Below, one piece after another: positions 18,357 through 29,539 of a DNA stretch of 64,000 nt. Location: contig CAWEXB010000001.1 of NCBI GenBank assembly GCA_963812915.1, positions 156,244-220,243 on the forward strand, in the 5' to 3' direction. A program made the translations under genes and the position numbers. The notes under the pieces were generated by a model. The model was not told where the DNA came from and made no database searches. It saw only the letters and a list, made by a program, of their open reading frames with translations. This DNA comes from an uncultured Thermoleophilaceae bacterium. GTDB taxonomy: Bacteria > Actinomycetota > Thermoleophilia > Solirubrobacterales > Thermoleophilaceae. Each line of letters starts with the position of its first letter. Position 1 is the first letter of the stretch.

Positions 18357-20485
18357 ATGGCCACCCTCTTTGGGTTCCCGGAGGAACTCACTCGCGAAGC
18401 CGCTCTCGCCGCGCCGGTGCGCTCGTACCCGCGCCCGAGCCGCCTGGCGGAGCCCGTCTCCCTGCCGGGAGCGGCCGGCAAGGCGCTCGGCGCGCTCGGC
18501 ATCGAGACCGTTGGCGACCTCGTCGAGCACCTGCCGCACTCGCACCGCGACCGCCGGGACGTGCGCCTGGTGGCCGACCTGGGGGTGGGGGACGAGGCCA
18601 CCGTCGCGGTGGGGGTGCGCGGCGTAACGGTCAGGCCGATGCGCGATCGGCGGCGCAAGCGCGTCGAGGCCCGCGTGTTCGACGAGAGCGGTCCGCTGGT
18701 GGCGGTCTGGTTCAACCAGCCCTGGATCGCGCGCCAGCTCGCCGAGGGGGCGCAGGTGCTGCTGCACGGAAAGCTCCGGCGCCGCAACGAGTTCTGGGTC
18801 ACCGAGCACGAGGTGTTCGGGGACGGCGGGGCGCCCGTCCATACGGTCGGGCTGGTCCCGGTGCACCCCGCCACCGAGGGCATCACACCCGCCCGGCTGC
18901 GGCAGCTCGCGTGGGACTCGTACCCGCGGTTCTTCGACGCGCGTCGAGCCGCTGCCCGCGCGCCTGCGGGTCGAGGAGCGGCTGCCCGACCGCCCGGCCT
19001 CGCTGGCCGCCGTCCACTTTCCCGACCGCGAGCGGGACGAGCGCGAGGCGCGCCGCCGGCTCGCCTTCGAGGAGCTGCTCCTGCTCCAGCTCGCCGTCGC
19101 GGGTCGCCGCCGGGCACGCCGGGAGGCCCGCCGCGCGCGGCCGCTCGCGGCTCGCGGCGAGGTGGTTGACCGCTGGCGCTGGTCGCTCCCCTTCGAGCTC
19201 ACGGGGGACCAGGTCCGGGCGATGGAGGAGATCGACCGGGACCTCGCGGGCGAGCGCCCGATGCAGCGGCTGCTGATGGGGGAGGTGGGCGCCGGGAAGA
19301 CCGTGGTCGCCCTGGCCGCGATGCTCCGCGCCGTCGAGAACGGCGCCCAGGCCGCGCTGATGGCGCCCACCGAGACGCTCGCCGAGCAGCACCACCGCAC
19401 GCTCGACTCCCTGCTCGGCGGCGCACCTGCCGCTGGAGCTCCTGACCGGCTCGACACCGGCGGGGCGCCGGCGCGACCTGCTCGGCCCGGCTCGGCAGCG
19501 GGCGAGCTCCAGCTGGTGGTGGGCACGCACGCCCTGATCGAGGACGACGGTGAAGTTCCGCGACCTCGCGCTTGCCGTGGTGGACGAGCAGCACCGCTTC
19601 GGCGTTCGCCAGCGTGCCGCCCTCGACGCGCAAGGCGCCCGCGGGTCTCGCCCCGCACGCGCTGCACATGACCGCCACGCCGATCCCGCGCACGCTCTCG
19701 CTCACGGCCTACGGCGACCTCGACGCCACCGTCGCTGCGCGAGCTGCCCGAGGGCAGGCAGCCGGTCGAGACGTACGTGGTCGACGGCGCCCGCGCGCGG
19801 GCGCCGCGCCTACGAGCGGATCCGCGAGGAGATCGCCGCGGGGCGACAGTGCTTCGTGGTCTGCCCGCTGGTCGAGGAGTCCGAGGCGCTCCAGGCCAAG
19901 GCGGCGACGGCGGAGTACGAGCGGCTCCGCAGCGAGCGAGTTCCGCGACCAGCGGGTGGAGCTGATCCACGGCCAGATGCCGTCGCGGCGAAGCAGGCCG
20001 CCATGGAGGCGTTCGCCGCCGGCGAGGCCGACGTGCTCGTGGCCACGAGCGTGATCGAGGTCGGCATCGACGTGCCGAACGCGACGGTGATGCTGATCGA
20101 GGCGGCCGAGCGCTACGGGCTCTCGCAGCTGCACCAGCTGCGGGGCCGGGTCGGGCGCGGCGAGCACAGTCGCTCTGCATCCTCTTCGGCGACCCGAAGC
20201 TGCCGCGCCTGCGAGGCGATCGCCCGCGAGCGCGACGGGTTCCGCCTCGCCGAGATCGACCTCGAGCTGCGCGGCGCGGGCGACGTGCTCGGCACCCGCC
20301 AGCACGGCCTGCCGGAGCTGCGGGTGGCGCGGCTGCCCGAGGACACGGAGCTGCTCGTGCGCGCCCGCGACCGCGCCGACGGGCTGCTGCGCGCCGACCC
20401 CGAGCTCGAGCAGCCCGAGCACGCGCTGCTGCGCGACGCCGTCGTGGCGCGCTTCGGCTCCGAGCTCGACCCGATCCCGGCGTGA
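18357..20485 (+). pseudogene. recG: ATP-dependent DNA helicase RecG, about 12 frame breaks
   Basis: The wedge N-terminus, GEVGAGKT, DEQHRFGV, HMTATPIPRTL, VCPLVEESE, VIEVGIDVPNAT, QLHQLRGRVGRGEHS and the RGAGDVLGTRQHG motifs all occur in order, but are spread over ORFs 18288.., 19162.., 19550.. and 19572.. and unlisted frames. Confidence 0.85.
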
Positions 20486-21006
20486 GGGTCGTCGCGGGCG
20501 AGTTCAGGGGGCGGCGGCTCCGGGCGCCGCGCGGACGGCGCACGCGCCCGACCGCCGACCGCGTCCGCGAGGCGCTCTTCTCGATGCTCGGCGACGTGGC
20601 GGGCGCGCGCGTGCTCGACCTCTACGCGGGCTCCGGCGCACTCGGGATCGAGGCCCTGTCGCGCGGCGCGGCGTCGGCCGTGTTCGTCGAGCGCGACCCG
20701 CGCGCGGTGGCGGCGATCCGGCGCAACCTCGACGCGTCGGGCGCCGAGGCGGCGGTCCGGCGCCAGGACGCGCTCCGTTTCCTCGGCGCGCGGCGGAGGG
20801 CGCGTTCGACCTCGTCTTCGTCGACCCGCCATATGATTCCGCTGCCCGCCTCGCCGGGCCGCTGTCCGAGCGGCTGCCGGCGGTGCTCGCACGAGGAGCC
20901 CGCATCGTGACCGAATCCGACAAGCGCAGCCCGCTCGAGCTTCCGCTCCCGCTGCTCGCGCGAGCGCACCTACGGCGACACCCGCATCGCGATCCATGCC
21001 GGCTGA
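20482..21006 (+). pseudogene. rsmD: 16S rRNA (guanine966-N2)-methyltransferase RsmD, 2 frame breaks
   Basis: RPTADRVREALFSMLG and LDLYAGSGALGIEALSRGA are in ORF 20482... FDLVFVDPPY and ARIVTESDKR are in the frame of ORF 20883... The ending YGDTRIAIHAG* is back in the first frame. The start overlaps the recG stop (GTGA). Confidence 0.8.
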
Positions 21007-21508
21007 GCGCAACGGCGGCACGGCGGTCTGCCGGGCTCGTACGACCCGGTCACCATGGGCCACCTCGACATCATCGGGCGCGCTGCGCGGGTGTTCGACC
21101 AGCGTGATCGTCGGCGTCGTGAACCAGCCGGTGCGGAAGAGAAGACGCTGTTCAGCGCCGAGGAGCGAGTGGCGTTCATCGAGGCGGAGGTAGCGGAATA
21201 TGGCGAATGTGCAGGTAAAACCCTTTGATACTCTCCTCGTCGATTTCGCCCGCGAGCACGGGGCCAAGGCGATCGTCAAGGGGCTGCGGGCGATCTCGGA
21301 CTTCGAGTACGAGTTCGAGATGAACCAGCTCAACCGGAAGATGGCGCCTGACATCGAGAGCATCTACCTGATGGCTGCGCCGCAGTTCAGCTTCCTGTGC
21401 TCGAGCGGCATCAAGGAGCTGGCGATGTTCGGCGGCGACATCAGCGGGCTCGTGCCCGACCCGGTGGCCGCCCGGTTGCAGGAAGCAACTCAAGCGGTGA
21501 AGAACTGA
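20996..21508 (+). pseudogene. coaD: Phosphopantetheine adenylyltransferase, about 4 frame breaks in the first 200 nt
   Basis: [47 protein letters not shown], then the intact [40 protein letters not shown] (ORF 21200..21508) lie in different frames. Confidence 0.8.
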
Positions 21509-21518
21509 GGAAGCGCCT

Positions 21519-21986
21519 ATGGACGTCCTGGTCCTGATCGACAAGCTCGACGACACGATCCACAACGCCAAGCCCGTGCCGCTCACCGACCAGGTGCGCG
21601 TGGACAAGGAGGAGGTCTACGACATCCTCGACCAGATGCGCGCGACGATCCCCGAGGAGATCAAGCAGGCGCGCTGGATCGTCAAGGAGCGGCAGGAGAT
21701 GCTCGCCGAGGCCAAGCGCGAGTCGGAGCGGATCATCAAGGAGGCCCGCGAGGAGCAGGTGCGGCTGATCGGCGAGGAGGAGATCGTCAAGCAGGCCGAG
21801 CGCCAGGCGGAGGAGATCGTCGAGGACGCCCGCGCCCGCGAGCGCGAGATCCGGCTCGGCGCCGAGGACTACGCGGACGACATCCTCAACACGCTCGAGG
21901 TGAACCTCACGAAGTTCATCGCGGCGGTGCAGCGCGGGCGCGACCGGCTCCAGGGGCGGGAGCACGAAGAGGCCGAGGTCGGTTAG
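21519..21986 (+). CDS. Coiled-coil protein (ATP-synthase-b / DivIVA-like heptad-rich), function unknown
   Basis: 155 aa, intact ORF with good GC3 codon usage. The sequence is highly charged and helical (KERQEMLAEAKRESERIIKEAREEQ...). Confidence 0.6.
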   Translation: MDVLVLIDKLDDTIHNAKPVPLTDQVRVDKEEVYDILDQMRATIPEEIKQARWIVKERQEMLAEAKRESERIIKEAREEQVRLIGEEEIVKQAERQAEEIVEDARAREREIRLGAEDYADDILNTLEVNLTKFIAAVQRGRDRLQGREHEEAEVG

Positions 21987-21999
21987 GCGCGGTGGCGTC

Positions 22000-22900
22000 A
22001 CCCGGTGCTCCAAGCGCGAGCGCCCGCGCCAGGCGGCGAGCACCGCTGAGCGGCTCGTAATCCGACCTGACGCCACGTGAAGCGCAGCACAGCGAAGCCG
22101 GAGCCTCGACGAGCTCAGCGTCGCGTCACCGGTCGCGCTCGAACGCGGCCCGCTCCGGTGGTGGGCGTAGCCATCGGCCTCCACTACCACCCGCGGGCCG
22201 CGCCAGACAGTATCCAGCTCGAGCCGTCCCGAGGGCACGTTGTGGTCTGGCGGCTGTGCCGGCCTGCCGCACGGCACGAGCCCGACCATGCGCCGCTCCG
22301 TGTCGGAGCGGATGAGCGCTGGGACTGCTCCCGGCGGATCAGCTCCCGCAGGCGGCGGAGCCGCGGCGGCGACCCGCCGACTCCGCCGAGGCAGCTCGCG
22401 CTGGGGTCACGAGACCCCGGCGCTCGGCTTCCGCGACAGGCTCCCTCTAGATGCAGCGGCGGCGCGCCCGTCGCGAAGTCCAACGAGCGTCCGGGCAGGT
22501 CGCGCTCGGGGCAAATCCCGTGGCGGCGCGACCTCGGAGCGGTCGACCGGCAGCGGGCACGCCCACTCCCGGCCGAGCGCCGCATCGGGCCCCGCTCACG
22601 TGCACCGCGCCCCGTGGCCGGCCGGGAGCGCCCAGAGGTACCCCGCCGGAGCGTCCGCCAGCGACCGTGCGGGGCCCGCATGCGAGCACGGCCGCCAGCT
22701 CCCGGCGAACTCCGCGAGGCGGTGTGACCCACGCGGTACACCGCCGCGGTGGACAGGGTGCAGAGATCCGCGTTCGATCCGGCTCTGAAACTCTCCGGTG
22801 GCCGACCGCCCGCGGCAGGGCCCGCGCTCGCGGTGACGTCCCCTGCTGGCTGTCGGCGAGTAGCGCAGGGCCGCGTCACCCGCGAGTCCCTCCGCAAAAC
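22000..22900 (-). pseudogene. DUF559 (Vsr-like endonuclease domain) protein relic, heavily frame-shifted
   Basis: Minus-strand fragments occur in order but in different frames: IERGSLHPVHRG / VYRVGH / AAVLACGP / VHVSGA..RPGVGV / AEAERRGLV / TRSELERRMVGLVR.. / VVVEADGYAHHRS / AAFERDR / GFAVLRFTWRQV. The boundaries are approximate. Confidence 0.5.
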
Positions 22901-23064
22901 CTCACGAACTCTCGTCCGCCAAAGCGCGTCAGCTTTTCTGCTGGAGACGGCAACCTCCGCGACTTGGCGCGAACGCGTTCGTCGGGAGGTTTTCCCGGCG
23001 CCAGGTTCCACGCTCGGAGGAGGCGTGACGCCGCGCGTTTCGCCGCCGGTAGCGTTCGCGCGCC

Positions 23065-23449
23065 ATGCCCCGCTACCTCCACACCTGCTACCGCATCGGC
23101 GACATCGACCGGTCGGTCTCCTTCTACGAGAAGCTCGGCTTCCAGGAGGCGCGGCGGATGCCGATCGGCGACGAGGCGATCAACGTCTTCATGGGGATGC
23201 CAGGCGAGGACCCCGTGCTCGAGCTGACCTACAACCACGGGGTGGACTCCTACGACCTCGGCACCGGCTACAACCACATCGCCATCGCGGTCGACGACCT
23301 CGACGGGACGCTCGAGGGCGCTCGCCGGCGAGGGCATCGAGCCGGAGAAGCCGCCCTACCGCCCCGGCGGCCGGACCGAGGGCCCGCTGGATCGCCTTCG
23401 TGCGGGATCCGGACGGCTACCGCGTGGAGCTGATCGAGCGCCGCGGTAG
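23065..23449 (+). pseudogene. gloA: Lactoylglutathione lyase (glyoxalase I), 2-3 frame breaks in the C-terminal third
   Basis: MPRYLHTCYRIGDIDRSVSFYEKLGF...ELTYNHG...GYNHIAIAVDDLDGTLE is intact. LAGEGIEPEKPPYRPGG and IAFVRDPDGYRVELIER follow in other frames. The TAG at 23447 is the probable stop. Confidence 0.7.
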
Positions 23450-23470
23450 CGCGCCGTCCGCGGCGCTACC
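23445..23470 (+). terminator. GC hairpin after gloA
   Basis: ggtagcgc (23445-23452) pairs perfectly with gcgctacc (23463-23470), with a 10-nt loop. There is no clear T-tract. Confidence 0.3.
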
Positions 23471-23478
23471 CTCGAACC

Positions 23479-23995
23479 ATGGCGCAGCGCACCGAGATCT
23501 TCGACCTCGGCAGGCTCGGCGCTCTCGTCCGGCGAGGGTCGGCGGCTCGAGCTCGACGTGCCGGTCGCCGGCTTCGACTTCGGCGGGCAGCGCTACGGCG
23601 TCCCGGGCGGGACCGTGGACGCGACGCTCGACGTCTCGCACACCACCAGGGGCTACTCGCTGCGGCTTCGCTTCGAGACGCCGCCTCGAGGGGCCGTGCA
23701 TGCGCTGCCTCGAGGCCGCCGGGCACGGCCGTCGCGGTGGACGCCCGCGAGGTCGACCAGCCCGGCGGCGGCGAGGAGCTCAGCTCGCCCTACCTGGAGG
23801 GGGAGGAGCTCGACCTGCGGGCGTGGGCGCGCGACGCCCTCGCGCTCGCGCTGCCCACGCAGATCGTCTGCCGCGAGGACTGCCTCGGCCTCTGCCCGGT
23901 CTGCGGCGAGAACCTGAACCAGGCCGGCCCCGACCACGCGCACGAGCGCGAGCCGGACCCGCGCTGGGCGGCGCTCCGCGAGCTGAAGCTGCGGC
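23479..23995 (+). pseudogene. DUF177 (YceD-like) protein preceding rpmF, 3 frame breaks, 3' end uncertain
   Basis: FDLGRLG / LSSGEGRRLELDVPVAGFDFGGQRYG..TLDVSHTTRGYSLRLRFE / LEGPCMRCLE / AVAVDAREV...CREDCLGLCPVCGENLN...DPRWAALRELKL lie in successive frames. The position upstream of rpmF is conserved. Confidence 0.65.
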
Positions 23996-24103
23996 TCGCG
24001 CCGATCGCAGCGCAGCTGCCGGAGGTCCGCCGCCCTCGGCCCGGCTCGGCTGCGCGGACGCTCGCAGCGCTGGACCATCAGGCCGCAGCACGGCTCGTCC
24101 CTC

Positions 24104-24301
24104 ATGGCCGTCCCCAAGCAGAGACAGTCGCATTCGCGGACGCACAAGCGCCGCTCGCAGCACAAGGCCGGCCAGCCGGGGCTGCGCTACTGCCCTCGCT
24201 GCCACGAGCCGCGGCTTCCGCATCGCGTCTGCCCGAACTGCGGCACCTACGCCGGCCGCGAGGTCGTCGTGCAGCAGGCGGACGTGCCCGAAGACGAGTA
24301 G
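24104..24301 (+). CDS. rpmF: 50S ribosomal protein L32
   Basis: MAVPKQRQSHSRTHKRRSQHK, with CPRC...CPNC zinc-ribbon. 65 aa. Confidence 0.92.
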   Translation: MAVPKQRQSHSRTHKRRSQHKAGQPGLRYCPRCHEPRLPHRVCPNCGTYAGREVVVQQADVPEDE

Positions 24302-24365
24302 TCGTGCTCCCTCGGTCGAGGTCGGCCGCGTCCGGCGGCCGCGAACCCCCGCCTGGCGGCGTACG

Positions 24366-25377
24366 GTGATCGCGGTCGACGCGAACGGCGCCGACCAGGG
24401 GCCGGCCGCCGTCGCCGAAGGTGTTCGCCGCTCCGGCGTGCCGGTGCTGCTCTTCGGTCCCGCCTCGCGGCTGGGAGGAGCGGGCCCGCGGGCCGAGGTC
24501 GTCGACGCTCCGGTGACGGTGAAGGCGGGTGGCGAGCCGGTCGCCGCCGTGCGCTCGAAGCGCGATGCCTCGATCGTCCAGGCGGCGCGCGCCGTGGGAG
24601 TGGGTCGTGCCGACGCGCTCGTGTCCGCCGGCAGCACCGGCCCGACGCTGGCCGCCGCGACGCTGTCCGTCAAGCGCCTTCACGGAGTGTTCCGCCCCGC
24701 GCTGGCGGTGCTGCTCCCGATCCCCGGTGGTCCCGTTCTGCTGCTGGACGCCGGCGCGAGCGTCGAGGTGCGGCCCGACCATCTGGTGCAGTTCGCCTAC
24801 ATGGGGGCCTCCTTCATGGAGGCGATAGTGGGACGCTCGAGGCCCGCGGGTCGGGCTGCTGTCGGTCGGCGAGGAGTCCGGCAAGGGCACCCCCGACGTG
24901 CTCGCAGCGCACGAGCGGATCGCGGCGGGAAGCCTCAACTTCGTCGGCAACCTCGAGGGCTTCGACCTGCCGAACGCCTCGGTCGACGTGGTCGTCACGG
25001 ACGGCTTCACCGGCAACGTCGCGCTCAAGGTGCTCGAGGGCACCTCAAAGGTGTTGCGCGACACCATCCGCGAGCGGGTGCGCTCGGGTCCGGTGTCGAG
25101 CGTGGGCGGACTCTTGATCCGGGGGAAGATCGCCCAGCTGCGCGACGAAATCGACCCGGAGCGCGTGGGCGGCGCGATCCTGCTCGGGCTGCGCAAGCCC
25201 GTCGTGGTGGCGCACGGAAGCTTCGGCCCAACGGGCATCGAACACGCGGTCAAGCTCGCGCGCCGTGCCGTGGACGAGGACATGGTCGGCCGGACGGGCT
25301 CCGCCCTCGACGCCGCAGGGGTGTTGCGGTCCGTCCCCGCTGCTAGCGTCGCCCTTGGTACGACGCGAGGCGACTAG
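24366..25377 (+). pseudogene. plsX: Phosphate acyltransferase PlsX, one frame break near 24835-24845
   Basis: From GTG 24366: VIAVDANGADQGP...VSAGSTGP...LLLDAGASVE...FMEAIVG. It then continues in ORF 24898..25377 as PRVGLLSVGEESGKG...DGFTGNVALKVLEG. Confidence 0.85.
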
Positions 25378-25398
25378 TTAGACGCGGAGAGAGCAGGG

Positions 25399-25653
25399 AT
25401 GGAACGAGAGGAGGTCCTCGAGCGCATCCGGGAGCACCTGGCCACCGAATTGAGCGTGGAGTCGGACCGCATCGGTGAGGAGACGCGCTTCAAGGAGGAC
25501 CTGGAGGCCGACTCGCTCGACCTGGTCGAGCTGGTCGTCGAGCTCGAGGACAACTACGGCATCCGGATCCCCGACGAGGAGGCAGCCAAGATCCTCACGG
25601 TCGGCCAGGCCGCGGACTTCGTCGCCGCCCATGCCGCGGAGATCCAAGGCTGA
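25399..25653 (+). CDS. acpP: Acyl carrier protein
   Basis: 84 aa, with the DLEADSLDLVELV phosphopantetheine-attachment DSL motif. Confidence 0.92.
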   Translation: MEREEVLERIREHLATELSVESDRIGEETRFKEDLEADSLDLVELVVELEDNYGIRIPDEEAAKILTVGQAADFVAAHAAEIQG

Positions 25654-26319
25654 GACGCTCGCGGAGCTACTGGCGGAGCTGCCCGACGACCTGCGGCGGC
25701 AGGTCGTTCACGCACGCCTCGTGGGTCGAGCACCGCGCGGAGTCGTACGAGCGACTGGCGTTCATGGGTGACGTGGTCCTGAGCCTGGCCGTGTCGACCC
25801 ACCTCTACCCGCGCTTCGAGCGCTACGGCGCGGGGCGCCTGACCAAGGTGCGGGCGCAGGCCGTCAGCGGACCCTCCTGCGCCCGCGTGGCCCGTGAGCT
25901 GGGAGTGCCGGAGGAGCTGCGCCGAGAGGCGCCCGACGGGGCCACCGTTCGCAGCGCGGCGATGCTCGTCGACTCCGAGCGGGTTCTCGCATCGGTCTGT
26001 GAGGCGATCATCGGCGCCGCCTTCCTCGCGTTCGGATTCGACCGCACCGCGCCGGCGGTGGTGGCGTCCTTCTCGGATGAGATCGACGACGCGCTCGAAC
26101 ACCCGGTCGACTACAAGTCCGTCCTTCAGGAGCGGCTGGCGCGCAGGGCGGAGGTGGTCGATCTACCGAACGGTCGAGGAGCAGGGGCCGGCGCACGACC
26201 GCAGCTTCGTGGCCGTGGCCGAGGTCGACGGGCAGGAGCTCGGCAGGGGAGAGGGAAAGACGAAGAAGGGCGCAGAGCAGGAGGCGGCCTTGCAAGCCCT
26301 GGATGCGCTCGGCGACTAA
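25631..26319 (+). pseudogene. rnc: Ribonuclease III, 2 frame breaks (about 25703 and about 26160)
   Basis: MPRRSKAETLAELL..RRQV / FTHASWV..ESYERLAFMGDVVLSLAVS (RNase III signature, ORF 25764..) / IYRTVEEQGPAHDRSFVAVAEVDG..GEGKTKKGAEQEAA (dsRBD, ORF 25894..26319). Confidence 0.8.
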
Positions 26320-29300
26320 ATGCATCTCCGCTCCATCACGCTGAAGGGCTTCAAGTCCTTCCCCGCCAGGACCAGGCTCGAGTTCGGCCCTGGTGTGTCG
26401 GTGATCGTCGGCCCCAACGGCTCGGGCAAGTCGAACGTCACGGACGCGGTGCTGTGGGCGCTCGGCGAGCAGTCTCCGTTGGCGGTCCGCGGCCAGTCGA
26501 TGAAGGACGTGATCTTCGCCGGGGGGCACGGAGTGCCCGGCGCGGGGGCGGCGGAGGTCGAGGTGGTGATCGAGAACGGGGATGGACGGCTCGAGGCCGA
26601 CTTCGCCGAGATCTCGATCGTCCGTCGGCTCGGGCGCGACGGCGAGGGCGAGTACCGCCTGAACGGCGCCCGCTGCCGGCTCGTGGACGTGATCGAGGTG
26701 CTCTCCGACTCGGGGCTCGGCAAGGAGATGCACTCCGTCGTGTCGCAGGGCAAGGTCGAGCAGATCGTGCTCTCGCGCCCGCGCGAGCGTCGGCTCCTGA
26801 TCGAGGAGGCCGCCGGGCTCGGCAAGCACCGCAAGCGCCGCCGGCGGGCGCAGCTGAAGCTCGACCGCACCGAGGAGAACCTCGCGCGGGCTCTCGACGT
26901 GGAGCGCGAGGCGCGCTCCCGACTTCGACCGCTGAAGCGCCAGGCGGAGGCCGCGGAGCTGCACGAGCGGCTCGAGCGGCAGACGCTCGAGGCGCGTCTC
27001 GAGCTCTTCCGCGACGCCGCGCGTGCGACGCGTCATACGCTCGCCGGGGCCGAGCAGCGGGTACGGGCCGCGCGCGCCGAGCGCGACCAGACCGAGCGGC
27101 TGCTCGGAGAGGTCGCGCGGCGGCGCGAGCAGGCCGAAGAGGCCTTCGCCGCGCAGACCCGCGACCGGGAGCGCCTTCAGGGCCGCCTCTACGCGGCGCG
27201 CTCGGCGGCGGAGCGGATCGCCATGCGTCTCGAGCGCGTGCGCGAGCAGGCAGCGGCCGCCGGGGAGCGGCGCGAGCGTCGCCTGCGCCAGCTCGAGGTG
27301 CTGGAGGGCCAGGCGAGGTCCGAGGCGCGGCTGTCCTCGGGGCGGGAGGCGGAGCGGATCCAAGCGATTGAGCGTGAGCTCGAGGAGCTCGAGGCGGGGC
27401 GCGAAGAGCGGCTCTCGGGCGAGCTCGCGGGGCTGGAGGCGGAGCTCGGCGCCGCGAGAGCGCGCGCCGCGGACCTGGAGCGCGCGGCGGCGGACCGGCG
27501 CCACGATCTCGACGCCGCCGAACGCGCCGCCGACGCCGCCCGCGCGGCGCGCCGGGAGGCCGAGCGCGCGGCCGACTCCGCACGCGGGCACGCCGCGGAG
27601 GCGGGCGCCCAGCTGGCCGCCGCAAACCGGTTCGTCCGTGGCGTCGCCGGATCGCGGGATGGCGCGCGCCCGCTCGCCCAGGAGCTCCGCGTCGAGCCCG
27701 GCTACGAGCCGGCTCTGGCCGCGGCGCTCGGACCACGGCTCACGGCGGGGATCGTCTCCGACCTCGCCGCGGGCGAGCAACTGCTCGACCGGGCGGGGCG
27801 CGACGGCGGGAGCGCCGTGATCGACGCCCACCCCGCCGAGGGGCCCGCATCCACGGACTGGCGCGACCGGGCGCCGGCCCCCGGCGCCGAGCCGCTGCTC
27901 GACCGGCTGCGACCCGAGGCCGGAGCGCGGAGACTCGCCGAGCGCCTCTTGCGGGGCGTCTGGCTCGTGGGGTCCTTCGACTCGCTCCCCGAGCGCTTCG
28001 ACGGCGTCGCGGTGACCCGCTCTGGGCGTGTCTTCGACGCCCGTGCCGGCGAGCTCTCGCAGGCTCCGGCCGGAGGCTCCGACCGCCTGCTCGAGGAGAT
28101 CGGGCGCCGGGACGAGCTCGTCGCGGCGTCGCAACTAGCGGTGGAAGAGGAGCGCCGCGCGGGCGCCGCCGTCGAGCAGGCGACCGCCGACGTCGCGAAG
28201 TCGGACGCCGCCCGCGACGGGACGGAGAGCTCGCTGCGCGCGGCGCTCCGGGAGGCGGCCGAGGCGGAGGAGGACGTTGGCCGCCGCGAATGGGTGATCG
28301 CCCGCCGGCGCGAGGCGCCGGATGAGGGGCCGGAGGCGGTGCGGCGCGCAGAGCTGCTCGGCGATCTGCGAGCGGAGCGTCGACTCGCCGAACGGGTCGA
28401 GCGCGAGCGCGTCGAGCGGGCTCGCGCCCTCGAGTCGCTCAGGAGCGGCGTCGACCGCGACGGACGCGTCGGCGCCGACGCCGACCGGTCGGCTCGGGCG
28501 CTCGAGGCCGCCCGGGAAGCGGTGGCCGGCCACCGCGACGCCCTGCAGGCGGAGCTCGACGCCGGCGCGCGGGCGGGAGAGGAGACGGCCGCGGCGCTCC
28601 GTGCCTGCGCGCACGAGGAGGCCGAGCTTCAGGCGCGACTCATGCAGACGAGCGAGGCGGTGACCGGCGCGGAGGTCGGGGCCCAGCAGGCGCGCGACGC
28701 CGCCGCCGAGGTCGACCGTGAGCTGGGGGCGATCGCCGGTCGACTCGGGCTGGAGGCAGAGCCGGCGGCGGAGCCGCTCTCCGCCGAGGAGCGCCAGTCG
28801 CTCGAGGCGCGAGTCGAGCGGCTTGAGCGCCGGCGCGAGCAGCTCGGCCCGGTGAACCCGCTCGCGAAGCGGGAGTACGAGCAGGCGGTCGAGCACGTCG
28901 AGGAGCTCGAGGCCCAGCGGCGCGACCTCGAGGCCGCGCTGGCCGAGCTCGAGAGCCTCATCAAGGAGACGGACCGCCGGATCCGCGAGGCCTTCGAAGA
29001 GACATTCGCCGCCGCGGCGAGGAACTTCGAGGACGTGGTGGAGCATCTCTTCCCGGGCGGCCGCGGCCGCCTACGGCTGGTGCGGGCCGACCAGACGCCG
29101 CGGCCGGTGATCGGCGGTGAGGCCCCCGCGGCCGAAGCCAGAGGCAGCCGAAGCGCCCGAGGAGCAGGAGCCCGAGACAGGAGTCGAGATCGAGGTCACG
29201 CCGCCCGGCAAGTCGACCAAGCGCCTGTCGCTCCTGTCCGGCGGCGAGAAGTCGCTCGTGGCGCTGGCGTTCATGTTCGCGGTCTTCCTCGCCCGCCCGT

Positions 29301-29536
29301 GCCCCTTCTACATCCTCGACGAGGTGGAGGCCGCGCTCGACGACATCAACATCGATCGTTTCCTCGAGCTCGTGAAGCGCTACTCCGACCGGGCCCAGTT
29401 CATCGTCGTCACCCACCAGAAGCGCACGATGGATGCAGCGGACACGCTCTACGGCGTGAGCATGGGCGGCGACGGGGTGTCGCGGGTGCTCTCTCGACGG
29501 CTCGGCGGCCGGGCGGTCGACGAGGCTGCTGCCTAG
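26320..29536 (+). pseudogene. smc: Chromosome partition protein Smc, one frame break near 29100-29150
   Basis: Walker A GPNGSGKSN at the N-terminus, long coiled coils, and a hinge. The C-terminal LSGGEKSLVALAFMFAVF...YILDEVEAALD (signature/Walker B) is in ORF 29117..29536. Confidence 0.88.
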
Positions 29537-29539
29537 GCG

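Noticed and set aside
17930-21200. Programmed ribosomal frameshifting or recoding as the explanation for the split recG, rsmD and coaD genes.
   Set aside because: There are far too many shifts, in both directions, and I saw no slippery heptamers or downstream structures. Such recoding is not known for these families.
21180-21245. A locally AT-richer patch (ggaatatggcgaatgtgcaggtaaaaccctttgatactc) suspected to be a foreign insertion or promoter.
   Set aside because: It translates into conserved CoaD text ([15 protein letters not shown]), so it is simply coding sequence adjacent to a frame break.
29117-29536. ORF 29117..29536 as an independent small ABC-like gene.
   Set aside because: It is the Smc C-terminal head (LSGGEKSLVALAFMF...DEVEAALD), separated from the rest of smc by a single frame break.
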